This document shows, one piece after another, positions 11,060 to 22,790 of a stretch of 64,000 bases of DNA. Positions within the stretch are counted from its first letter, which is position 1. Every line of letters begins with the position of its first letter. The DNA comes from Mobula hypostoma (Eukaryota): contig NC_086129.1 in NCBI RefSeq assembly GCF_963921235.1, positions 22,754,001-22,818,000 on the forward strand, written 5' to 3'. A model generated the notes under the pieces. It did not search any database, was not told the DNA's origin, and saw only the letters and a program-made list of their open reading frames with translations. The translations under genes were made by a program, and so were the position numbers.

Positions 11060-11447
11060 ATCCATCATTACAGACCTTCACCATCCAGGACATGCCCCCT
11101 TCTCATTACTACCATCAGGGTGGAGGAAACGCGGCCTAATAACCTGCACTGAATGATGCAGAAACAATTTCTTCCCCTCCACCATCAGATTTCTGAACGG
11201 TCCATGAACCCAAGAACACGATCTCATTCGAGCAACACACACAAAATGCTGGAGGAACTCAGCAGCCGGGCAGCATTTATGGAAAAAAGTACAGTCGGCG
11301 CTTCGGGCCGAGACCCTTCGGCAGGGCACTGTCTCATTACTCCTTCGTTGTATTCTTTATTTGTTCTTGTGATTTAGGGTAATTGCTCAACTGTAAAATG
11401 ACAAATTTCTCATCAGGTTAATCAGTGTTAATAGATCTGATTCTGAT
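11060..11447 (+). mobile_element. Rex1/Babar 3' end interrupted by a Penelope pseudo-LTR fragment (11232-11328, minus)
   Basis: HHPGHAPFSLLPSG..RNNFFPSTIRFLN plus (TCTGAT) tail; the insert matches 1382-1480. Confidence 0.8.
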
Positions 11448-12904
11448 CACCTCAACAAGTAACATAGCCCGTGTAACAAGAGTGCCTGCACCTTTAAGAA
11501 AGGGAATTAGTAATCACTGTAATAAATAAAATGCAATTAGTTTTCCAGCCATTGCTCCAACAGGTAGTACAAAGCAACAGCCAAGACCAGTTGCTAGTTC
11601 CCACTGAACAATCTCCACCCTGCACTGAGCAGTAATTAAAGCTACTTATATTAGTGTCCCAGAGTCCAGACTTGTACTGAAATGCATTTTTAATTTAAAT
11701 TTCCTTGCTTGGACCTGGAGGAAAGCTTGTGAGTGTCAATTAGAGGACAGCGGGATTCAAGGTCTTTTTTAACATCAACAATATTAGGATTGTAGATCTT
11801 GTGAAAGAAGGTGCTGATTAAAGTGGGCCAGGGTGATTTGTTTCCTTTTTAATTAAGACCTGAGTTTGCTTTCCTGCAAGAGTTGGTTTTTTTGTTCTTA
11901 TCTAATTGCTTGGCAATGCTGCTTGTCTGATTTGGGGGATTGTGCTTCCCTCTTAAGGCTGAAGCCAATCCCCAGACGTTGTGCTTTGTGAAGCAATCGG
12001 CACTGAGCAGGGAACAAGCTTTTGCCAACCAGCCCGATGAGCTTTCAAAGATAAGAGTGAATGTATGTGTGTGAGCCCTTGGCAAAACCTTGCTAATCAG
12101 ATTAACCTGTTACCGTGACAAATCATGGAATGCCTCCTGGGGGAGTGTTCTATGGTGAAGTGGGGGGTGTTGAGGAGTGGTTAAGTAATGCCCTGTTTTG
12201 GGTTGGAAGCGCAGTTTACATTTAAAGAAACATCTCACTTGGACAGGGTTGGTCTATACCCCTCAAAAACGTCCGAACTGTGGGACTGTGGTCCTGGGAG
12301 GCAATATCAAGCGGTGAGACTCAGACACCCCAATGGGCAGCTGACATTTGGCGCAGAGCAACTTTCACTCAAAACGGACTAATCAAATGGCATTTCATTC
12401 ATTTGACCTGGCTTCATACCCGCTCACCTAAGGAAACTCGATCAATTCCGACCTTCAGATTTTTTATTGGCCCTCAGCCTGTTTGCGCAGGCGTCTGTGA
12501 ATTTCCTGTGGCCCTGCATTAAGGCGCTGATGATCTAACTGAATGGTATTGCAGGCTCAGGGGTTGGGGGAGTGGGCAGGCCCTGTTGCATGTCCTACTC
12601 CTGTTTTATTTTTCCAAGTGGCTGTTAGAATAGGACTCATGAGTTGTGTTTGCTCAACATAAATCACCTTCATTCCCACTTGCAGACATGAAACCTCCAT
12701 TCATTCATGACGCAGGCATTTACTATATGAAAGGAATGTATGAATGGAAGTCTTGTTGATCTGGCAAGGAAGGCCATATATGGAGAATAAATATACACTT
12801 ATTTTGCCACACAGATAAATGAAGGAAAATTATGAATGACTGCCCACATGTAAATGCTAGCTTCCTTAAAGTGAGGTGAGAAACTGTATACAGTTAGTTA
12901 TTCA

Positions 12905-13133
12905 TATAAAAGAGTTGTGACCGAATTCCTCATCACACAAGGGCTCTCCTGTACCTGGCACTTATTTTTCTGGTGAGAGTTGGCATGGACCCGAAGGGTA
13001 CGGTTTGCATCAGGTAATGTGCACTTCCGGACCCTGTCTCCTCCGCCCCGGGGATGTGCGGGGATGTGTTTAGCATAAGGGTACTTTAGGTCAAATCTGC
13101 TTGCTGCTTCCACTCACATCCTGAAACTTCCTG
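12905..13133 (+). promoter_or_regulatory. Candidate core promoter / first-exon island
   Basis: TATAAAAG (12905-12912), Kozak-like GGCATGG (ATG 12985), donor CAG|GTAATG (13013/14), ETS ACTTCCGG (13023-13030), GC box CCGCCC (13043-13048), local CpG enrichment in repeat-free DNA. Confidence 0.3.
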
Positions 13134-14207
13134 CTCTCCAATGGCTCACAGAAGCAGCTTTGCTGTGTTTTTTTTTTCTGTTCCCCCCTCCCCACAGCAA
13201 GTTCTTCGTTATTCTGTTTTAGTTGTTGATTTTTAGCCTTGTATCACCACACCGGAATAACTCATTCCTCTGTTAATCCTTTGTATGGCCTACTTTGTAT
13301 AATCAACTCCCAGTTTTAAGGTTTCCTTTACAATACAGCTTCCACTTTCAAATCGAGAAGCCTTTCTCCAGCTCTCATCCTTATACTTCCTGTGTCCTGC
13401 TTCTCCCCTCTTCCCCAGAAGATTTGTAGGATTAACAAACCAGATGCTGGAGGAACTCAGCAGGTCAGGTGCCGTCTTTAGAGGGAAATGGGCAGTCAAT
13501 GTTCCAGGTCGAGGCAACCACTAAGTTTCTCCACCACCTTGTTTGTTGCTTCAGGCTGCAGCATCTTGCATCTCCACTCAACTTTGTAAATTTGTTGCTA
13601 GTCTGCTTTAGTTGACAGCTTAATTCATATAGATCGATTCCTGTTTGCTGAAAGTAGATCTGATGATGATTGCTTAGATACTGTAGGCATCCTCTTTGGG
13701 CCCTGCTTCTGCTTCTGACTGGTCCAAGAACTGGCGATCGTAAGGGCGGATTCCTGACTAGTGACAGGACCAGATTTTGGTGGCTGTAAGGCTGACTGAA
13801 GTAACTACAGGCCCTCAACGTGGGGACTCGAGGACAGAGAGATTAGCTGAGCACCAACAGCTCCTAGTAACCACATACCTTTGTAGTGCTTTCAGGAGTG
13901 TAAAGGCTGAAATTTATGTTTGCTAACTATTGGCGAAACAGAAGCCATCTTCCTTAGTCCCTGTCACACATTCCTTGCTATTGTATCCATCTAATACACC
14001 CAACCATCTCTCTCCATGGTAACCGATCTATCGACCCATCCCTCTCCCTGTAAACTAGTCCATCCTTCTCCATAGCACCAACCCATTCACCATCCCTCTC
14101 CTGAGCAACCAAACCATCTATCCATCTCTCCCCCTGACAACCAATCCATCCCATCCATCCTTCTATGTGGTCATGGTCTGCAACTGCTTACAGTTATGGT
14201 ATCATAT

Positions 14208-14570
14208 TTCAAGATTCAAGGTTCAAGATTGTTTACTGCCATTCTTCAGTGCATGAGTGTAAAGGAGAATAAAATGATTATTACACTGGATCCAAAGCAG
14301 CATTAGAAAAATACAATAAGCATAAAGAACATGATAAAAAAACAAAGATAACACAATAAGTATAAATATAAAAGCAATCCTATAACCCACAAAGTACAAG
14401 TAACTGATCATATGTACATAAAGTGATGCTAGGTGATGTGTATGTAGTGCTGGTGGACTGGGTTAATGGGTGGAGGTGTTGATCAAACTAATGGCTTTGG
14501 GAAAGCAGCTGTTTTCGAATCTAACGGTCCTGCCGTGGATGCTCTGTAGCCTCTTCCCTGATGGGAGAGA
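14208..14570 (-). mobile_element. Rex1/Babar LINE 3' UTR and tail
   Basis: (TTCAAGA)n tail; rc contains PSGKRLQSIH..T.RFENSCFP.AISLIN. Confidence 0.7.
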
Positions 14571-14589
14571 GACGAATGGCCCATGAAGC

Positions 14590-15005
14590 CTCTCCTGAAA
14601 CCTTCATCCAGGCCTTTGTTCCATTCAGACATGCTAATTTTAATGTCCTCCTGCTAACCTCACTCGATGTAGTTTCCATAAACTTGAGAGGATCAAAGGT
14701 TTTGTTTGCCGTGCTTTATGTCACGCCATTCTGTTTTCCCAGCCTTCTGTATTTGCTTCCAGGTGAAACTATCCTTTAGTTTGTAAATTCTCATCCTTGT
14801 TTTCCAAATCCCTCCCTCCCAGGCTGAAAATCCTCAAGGCACTTGCACCTCCTACATAAATTCTTCTCTACCTTTCATCAGTCAACCGTCACACTGTGTT
14901 TTTAATTGCCAAGCTCTGGAATTCCCACTCTAAATCCTCCACTTATTGCATTCTCTTTCCACCTTAAAGGCACAATTTAAACGTCTCTTCTCTGACAATG
15001 CTGTT
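14590..15005 (+). mobile_element. Old L2-clade LINE 3' fragment
   Basis: Decayed ETFIQAFV..R, KILILVF.KSL and KLWNS motifs. Confidence 0.65.
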
Positions 15006-15944
15006 GGCCATATATCACTTTATGTCCATTGCATCATTTCTTCATTTGGTAATATTTTAGCAAAGATATTTTTATATCCGCTTGATGGCTCTGGTCCTAT
15101 ACTCACTGGAGTTCAGAGGAAGGATTAAGGATAAAGGATCAACTTTATTCACCATATATACCTACATATATTAGGAATTTGCAGTGGTGTGTTGGCATGC
15201 AACAGCAAACAACAGCACTCAACAATAATAAAGAATAAAGATTTATATAAATATAAATTTAAAGGTTAAAGTACAGATATGGAATAAATGTGCATAAATA
15301 CATAAATACCATAAATACAGAATGAGGAAGGATCTCTTTGAGACATACCGAACAATGAAAGGCCTAGCCAGAATGGTCATGAAGAAGATGTCTTCGACTG
15401 TGGGAGAGTCTAGGACCAAAGGGCACAGCCTCAGAATAGAAGGATGTCTCTTCAGAGAACAGAGATTAGAAGCAACTTCTTTAGCCAGAAGGTGATATAC
15501 CTGTCAAATTCATTGCTGCAGATGACCACGGAGGCCAACTTATTGGATACAGTGCCTATAAAAAGTATTCACACCGCCCCCCTTGGAAGTCTCCATGTTT
15601 TATTGTTTAACAACATTGAATCACAGTGGATTTAATTTGGCTTTTTTGACACTGATCAACAGAAAAAGTACTTTCATGTCAAAGTGAAAATAGATCTCTA
15701 CAAAGTGATCTAAATTAACTACAAATATAAAACATAAGATAATTTGATTGCATAACTACTCACCCCCTTCAATATGATGCACTAAATCATCACTGGTGCA
15801 GCCAATTGGTTTTAGAAGTCACATAATTAGTTAAATGGAGATTACTCTGTGTACTCAAGGTGTTTCAATTAACTGTAGTAAAAATACACCTGTATCTGGA
15901 AGGTCCAACTGCTGGAGAGACAGTATCCTGGCAAAAACTACACC

Positions 15945-16955
15945 ATGAAGACAAAAGAATACTCCAAGCAACTCTGCGAAAAGGTTATTGAAAAGCACAA
16001 GTCTGGAGATGGATACAAGAAAATTTCCAAATCACTGAATATCCCTTGGAGTACAGTTGTCAATCATCAAGAAATGGAAAGTATATGGCACAGCTGTAAA
16101 TCTGTCTAAAACAGGCTGTACTCAAAAACTGAGTGACTGTGCAAGAAGGGGACGAGTGACGGAGGCTACCAAGAGACCTATGACAACTCTGGAGGAGTTA
16201 CAAGCTTCAGTGGCTGAGATGGGAGAGACTGCACATACAACTGTTGCCCGGGCGCTTCATCAGTTGCAGCTTTATGGGAGAGTGGCAAAGAGAAAGCCAC
16301 TGTTTAAAAATCTCACATGAAATCTCAGCTAGAGTTTGTCAGAAGGTATGTGGGAGACTCTGAAGTCAGCTGGAAGAAGGTTCTATGGTCTGATGAAATC
16401 AAAATGAGCTTTTTGGCCATCAGACTAAACACTATGTTTGGTGTAAGCCAAACACCGTACATCATCAAAAACACACCATCCCTACCGTGAAGCATGGTGG
16501 TGGCTGCATCATACTGTGGGGATGTTTCACTGCAGCAGGCCCTGGAAGGCTTGTGAAGGTTGAGGGTAAAATGAATGCAGGAAAATACAGGGAAATCCTG
16601 GCGGAAAACCTGATGCAGTCTGCAATAGAACTGCCACTTGGGAGAAGATTTGTTTTCCAGCAAGACAATGACCCCAAGCATAAAGTCAAAGATACACAGG
16701 AGTGGCTTAAAAACAGCAAAGTTAATATCCTGGAGTGGCCAAGTCCGAGTCTAGACTTATATCCATTTGAGAAATTGTGGCTGGACTTGAAAAGGGCTGT
16801 TCACTCACGATCCCCATGCAATCTGTCAGAGCTTGAGTGGTTTTGTAAAGAAGAATGGGGAAAAATTGCAGTGACCAGGTGTGCAAAGCTGATAGAGACC
16901 TATCCACATTGACTCAAGGCTGTAATTGCTGCCAAAGGTGCATCTACTAAATACT
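15945..16955 (+). pseudogene. Tc1 transposase, frameshifted with stops
   Basis: MKTKEYSKQL..GDGYKKISK, WSDE, KHGGG..LWGCF, QQDNDPKH...DLYPFE (34 residues between D and E), ends AKGASTKY. Confidence 0.92.
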
Positions 16956-17120
16956 CAAACACAAGGAATTCTGCAGATGCTGGAAACTCAAGCGACACTC
17001 ATCAAATTTGCTGGTGAATGCAGCAGGCCAGGCAGCATCTCTAGGAAGAGGTACAGTCGACGTTTCGGGCTGAGACCCTTCATCAGGACTAACTGAAAGA
17101 AGAGCTAGTAAGAGATTTGA
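16956..17120 (-). mobile_element. Penelope-like pseudo-LTR fragment nested in Tc1
   Basis: Matches the rc of ~32693-32855. Confidence 0.88.
17055..17090 (-). ncRNA. Minimal hammerhead ribozyme motif, core intact
   Basis: rc = AGTC-CTGATGA-A-GGG(TCTCAG)CCC-GAAA-CG-TC-GACT. Confidence 0.8.
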
Positions 17121-17990
17121 CGAAGGATAGATTGGAAGAATGGGCAGAGAAGTGGCAAATGAAGTACAATGTTGGAAAGTGTATGGTTATGCACTTTGGC
17201 AGAAAAAATAAACGGGCAGATTATTATTTAAATGGGGAAAGAATTCAAAGTTCTGAGATGCAACGGGACTTGGGAGTCCTCGTACAGGATACCCTTAAGG
17301 TTAACCTCCAGGTTGAGTCAGTGGTGAAGAAGGCGAATGCAATGTTGGCATTCATTTCTAGAGGAGTAGAGGATAGGAGCAGGGATGTGATGTTGAGGCT
17401 CTATAAGGCGCTGGTGAGACCTCACTTGGAGTACTGTGGGCAGTTTTGGTCTCCATATTTAAGAAAGGATGTGCTGACGTTGGAGAGGGTACAGAGAAGA
17501 TTCACGAGAATGATTCCGGGAATGAGAGGGTTAACATATGAGGAACGTTTGTCCGCTCTTGGACTGTATTCCTTGGAGTTTAGAAGAATGAGGGGAGACC
17601 TCATAGAAACATTTCGAATGTTAAAAGGCATGGACAGAGTGGATGTGGCAAAGTTGTTTCCCATGATGGGGGAGTCCAGTACGAGAGGGCATGACTTCAG
17701 GATTGAAGAGCGCCCTTTCAGAACAGAAATGCAAAGAATTTTTTTTAGTCAGAGGGTGGTGAATCTATGGAATTTGTTGCCACGGCAGCAGTGGAGGCCA
17801 AGTCATTGGGTGTATCTAAGGGAGCGATTGATAGGTATCTGAGTAGCCAGGGTATCAAAGGTTATGGTGAGAAGGCGGGGCAGTGGGACTAAATAGGATA
17901 AAATGGATCAGCTCATGATAAAATGGTGGAGCAGACTCGATGGGCCGAATGGCCTACTTCTGCTCCTTTGTCTTATGGTCTTATGGTCTT
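17121..17990 (+). mobile_element. Young CR1 LINE 3' fragment nested in Tc1
   Basis: ORF 17117..17842 WAEKWQMKYNVGKC..RDLGV..LYKALVRPHLEYC..RGDLIETF; 3' hairpin and (CTTATGGT)n tail. Confidence 0.95.
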
Positions 17991-19397
17991 ATATTTGTAA
18001 TTCATTTACATCACTTTGGCACAAAAGAGCCTTTTTCTGTTGATCAGTGTCAAAAAAGCCAAATTAAATCTATTATGATTCAATGTTGTTAAACGATAAA
18101 ACATAAAAGCTTCCGGCGGTGGCGGGGGGGGGGGGTGAATGCTTTTTATAGGCACTGTATATTTAAAGTGAAGGTTGATAGTTTCCTGATTAGTAAGTGG
18201 ATCAAAGTTTACGGGGAGAAAGCTGGAGAATTGGGTTGAAAGGGACCCTTATCGATGGGCTGAATGGCCTACTTCTGTGACCTTGTCCTGTGGTCTTAGA
18301 TTTACTGCGCTGAAGATGAAAATTGTTGTTCTTGAGTGCACAAGACGTTTGCCTATTCAGTGCAGGAAGCTACAGCTAACAAGGGGTTAAGTGCATGTGG
18401 AACTAATCCTTTGCAGACAGTAATGGATTTCTTTTACCTGATTACACCAAACAGCATGTCAGGAAATGAGACAGCTTGTTGTCTGCACATGTGGAGTTCA
18501 CATGAAACAAACTTGTGCTTTCCTGAAGATTAGGACTGTTGAGAGATATATGATTAATTAGTGTGGAATCTTTGATGCAGATACTAGAAATCTGATTCAT
18601 TATCCAGGTCTCAAATTCTTTAGGAGGTTTTCTGGTCCATTAACATCAAATATTTGGTATATTAATTTGGAAATGTTGATTCATTGATGAGGATTTTTGA
18701 TTTGTGAAGAATATTTAATCCTTTGGCAATGAATCTATAATTCATTTTTGAATGTTTGATTTATTCGAAGATTCCTTTATGTCATTGTTGAGGAATCTTT
18801 CCTTCATGACAAACAATATTTCATTAATTTGCAATATGGGAAATTATTAATTCCTTGTGGGGAATATATGTTTCTTTGGCATGAAATCTTTGATTCGTTG
18901 GCACAGTTTATTATTAGGCTAATTTGGAGAAATTACTATTTTATTGACAGTTAATCTTTGATTTATTGGTAATTCAGTGGCTGGAATCTTTGATACAATT
19001 GCAGAAAATCTCCCATTCATTCATTCATTAAAATCCACAATATCTAGGTATATTTGCTCCACCTGTGTGGAATCATGTCTTCATTCTTGAATAATCTTTG
19101 ATTCATTGTCAATGCGTCAATGATTCCCTGATGAGAAATCATAGTTTCACTGGCGACTAGTCCTTGATTTTTCTTTGTTGAAAAATTCATCAATTGATTG
19201 CTTGGAACCTTGGATTTAATGGCATTAAGTCTTTCATTCGCTGGAAAAACATTGTTTAATTTTTAAAGAGTTTTCTGATTCATTGGTGAGGAACCTGCAA
19301 TAGATTTATGATGTACCTTTGCATACTTAGTGAAGGTTTTCTCATTCACTAACAAGGAATGCTTATCCGTTGATGTGTTGTATTTCCAAGTTAAATA

Positions 19398-21577
19398 GAA
19401 GGGGTCCAGGTACAATCTCCATAAAGCAATCTCATGTGTGACCAAATGTGAATCACAGAAGGATGCTCGACAGCTGTGGCAGGGCTTGAATGCTAGCTCC
19501 ACTTACAAAGTGAAACTCAGTGACATATGTGACAACAAGGTTTCACTCACAGATGAGCTCAATGCCTTCTATGCTCACTTTGACTGTCAAAACATGGAGG
19601 CTCCTTCACAAACTCCCATAGTTCCCCAACAACTCAGAGGCTAGCATGAGGGCATCCTTCAGGAGGGTGAACCCATGGAAAACATCTGGCCCATATGGAC
19701 TATGATTATGAAGACACATAGTCCCATTTTATTGTCATTTAGTAATGCATGCATTAAGAAATGATATAATATTTCCTCCGGTGTGATATCACAAAACACA
19801 GGACAAACCAAGACTGAAAAACTGACAAAACCACATAATTATAACATATAGTTACAAACAGTGTAACAATACCATAACTTGATGAAGAAGTCCATGAGCA
19901 CAGTAAAGTTCAAAATTTCTCAAATGTCCCACATCTCACGCAGACGGGAGAAGGAAGAAAAACTCTCCCTGCCATGCCGACCACAATCCGACTCTGAGTC
20001 ATCCGAAAACTTCGAGCTCTGATCAGCTCTCTGACACCGAGTACTGAGCGCCATCTTTGTCCGAACAATTCAACCTCCTTCTCGGCCGCCAAAAACAGGT
20101 AAGGCTGGGGATTTTGAGGCCTACCCTCCGAAAGATTCCCGACCACACAGTAACGACAGCAGCGAATGGGCGTTTCAGAAATATCTCCAGATGTTCCTCT
20201 GTGCTTTCACGTCCATTCTCCACCAAATCAGAATTGTCCACGGCCCCTTTTTAACAGATACAATATCATTTTTCACCGGAGGGTAGCGCACACGCAGGCG
20301 CGCCGCCATCTTCTCCTCCCACGAAATACTAAAGGCCTGTGCTGATCAACTGGCTGGAGTTTTCACCAATATCTTTAACTTTTCGATTCAGCAGTCTTGA
20401 GGTACCCACCTGCTTCAATTATACTGGCGCTCAAGAAGAACATGGTTATCTGCCTCAATACCTATCATCCAGTAGCACTTACATCCGTGTGATGAAATGC
20501 TTGAGGGGTTGGTGATGAAACATATTAACTCTTGTCTGAGAAATGACTTGGATCCACTCCAATTTGCCTACCTTCATAACAGGCCAACAGCAAATGCTAT
20601 TTCATTGGCTATTCACTCAGTCCTGGAACATTTGGACAGCAAAGTTGCATACATCAGGATGCTCTTCATTGACTACAGTTTGGCATTCAATACTATCACC
20701 TCAAAACTAATCAATAAGCTTCAAGTCCTAGTCCTCAATACCTGCTTGTGCAAATGCCTCCATCAGCACAGATACACCACAAGGCTGTGTGCTTAGCCCC
20801 CGCCCCACTTGCTTTATAAGTTATGACTGTGAGGCTAAGCACAGCTCCAATGTCATACTTAAGTTTGCCGATGACACCACTGTCATTATCTGAATCGGGA
20901 GTGGTGATAACTAGTCAGTATACAGGAGGGAGACGGAAAATCTGGCTGAGTGGTGCCACAACAACCACCTCTCACTCGATGTCAGCAAAACCAAGGAGCT
21001 GATTATTGACGTCAGGAGGAGAAAACCAGGGGTCCATCAGCCAGTTATCATCAATGGATCAGAGGTGGAGAGGGTCAGCAACTTTATATTCCTTTGTACT
21101 ATCTTTTCTGAGGATCTGTCCTGGGTCCAGCACTAAAGTTCCATTATGAAGACAGCATGGCAGCTATGCTCTCTTCCCTTCTCACTGCTGCCATCAGGAA
21201 GAAGGTACAGGAGCCTCAGGACCCACATAACCAGGTTCTGGAACAATTATTACCCTCAACCATCAGGCTCTTGAACCAGAGGGAATAACTTCATTTGCCC
21301 CATCACTCACCCTATCACTGAACTATTCCCACTGAACTGGACTCACTTTCAAGAACTCTTCGTCTCATGTTTTCAATATTTATTGCTTACATATTTATCA
21401 TTATTGTTTTTTTTTGCACTTGGGTTGTCGTCCTCCTGTTGGGTGTGATCTTTTATTGGTCCTATTTGTTCCCTGTATTTACTATGATTGCCTCAAGAAA
21501 AGGAATCTCAGGGTTGTACTGTGTATGGTGACATATATGTACTTTGAAAATAAATTAACTTTGAACATTGAACTTTG
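19398..21577 (+). mobile_element. Rex1/Babar LINE, decayed RT region to 3' tail
   Basis: [48 protein letters not shown]; (TTGAAC)n tail. Interrupted at 19701-20320. Confidence 0.92.
19701..20320 (-). mobile_element. Non-autonomous retroposon with GC-rich AAGATGGCG head
   Basis: rc starts GGGAGGAGAAGATGGCGGCGCG, ends AATAAA...(CATAAT)n; it interrupts the collinear Rex1 sequence. Confidence 0.7.
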
Positions 21578-22790
21578 GTGAGAAATCTTTGAATTATTGC
21601 CAAGGAATCCTTGATTCAATTTCAATGAGTTCATGAATCAGTTGTAAGAAAGTATTACTGAGAAATATTTGAATCATTAGTGAAGAGTCTTTGCTGATTT
21701 ACTGAGGTATCTTGGATCTGTTATTCAGGAATTCCTGTATCACTAGCAAGGAAACTGATTGGGAAAATGACAACAGTTTAATGAAGAATCTTTACTTTGT
21801 TGATGAAGAATCTTTCAACCTTTGGAGAAAAAAATCACTGACTAACCTGGTGTAATTCTATAAATCACTTGTGAAGAATATGATTAATTGGGAGAGCACA
21901 TCAATTCTTTTAAGGGGAATATTTAATTCAGAGGTGAGCATTTATGTGATATCTCCAATTAAGGTAATTCTTTGATTAAGGCTTGATAATTTCTTGATTA
22001 AGGTTGGAGGAATATATAATCCATTGGCAAGAAGTTTTAATACATTGGTGAGAAACCTTTGATTGAAAAGGCAGTGAATCTTTTATTCAATGTCAAAGAA
22101 TTAATGTTTTGGTAAGGATTTGTAGACAGGCCATCTTTAATTTGATGAAGATGACTGATTAGTTCAGTGATGATGAATTTTTTAGGTAAATTTGATTCAT
22201 TGATGAAACCTTTGATGCATAGAATAATTTCCATTGATTAATTTGAATGCACTCATGAGGGATTATAACTTCCTTTTTGGGGAACAACTAATTCATTGGT
22301 GAATGGCCTTTGATTGATAGAACAGGAATCCTTATTTAATGGTGACGAAATCATGACTCTTTGCTTAGCAAACTTTATGGAATCATTGGCCCTAAATGTT
22401 CGATTGGGAAGGTCTTATCAAAACTGGCAAGAACCTTTAATTTTCTTTTGGTGAATAATCTTTGGTTGATAGATGAAGCATCTCTGAGTTGTTAGAAGAT
22501 GATTCATTTGCTTGGAATATTTCATTTGTTGGTGAGGAATTTTAGATTCATTTTGAGGTATCTTTAATAGCTTGGTGAAACCTCTTAAGTCAATAGTGAG
22601 AAATATTGTTTGATATGTGAGGATTCTTTGATTCAGTGAAGTGCAGTATCTGACTAGTTGGTGAAGAGCCTTTCAGGGGGAATCTTTAGTTTATTAGTGA
22701 GTAATGATTCATATATTAATGAGGACTGTTAGAATAATTCCAGATAGTTATTTTATTCAGAGATTTGAATCATTGCTGGAGAACCTTTGA

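Larger units (their letters stand above)
15550..18157 (+). mobile_element. Tc1 (DD34E) DNA transposon with long IR/DR-type TIRs
   Basis: TA|CAGTGCCTATAAAAAGTATTCAC ... GTGAATGCTTTTTATAGGCACTG|TA; inverted homology extends over more than 100 bp. Confidence 0.95.
15097..18300 (+). mobile_element. Old CR1 3' fragment split by later insertions (15097-15120, 15320-15549, 18158-18300)
   Basis: YSLEFR|RMRKDL.ET...SRTKGHSLRIEG...NFFSQKV continues across the Tc1 into IFKVKVDSFL and the CR1 3' UTR. Confidence 0.8.

Noticed and set aside
12985-13013. Metallothionein exon 1 (MDP...)
   Set aside because: No CxC pattern, different intron phase, and no Cys-rich downstream exons nearby.
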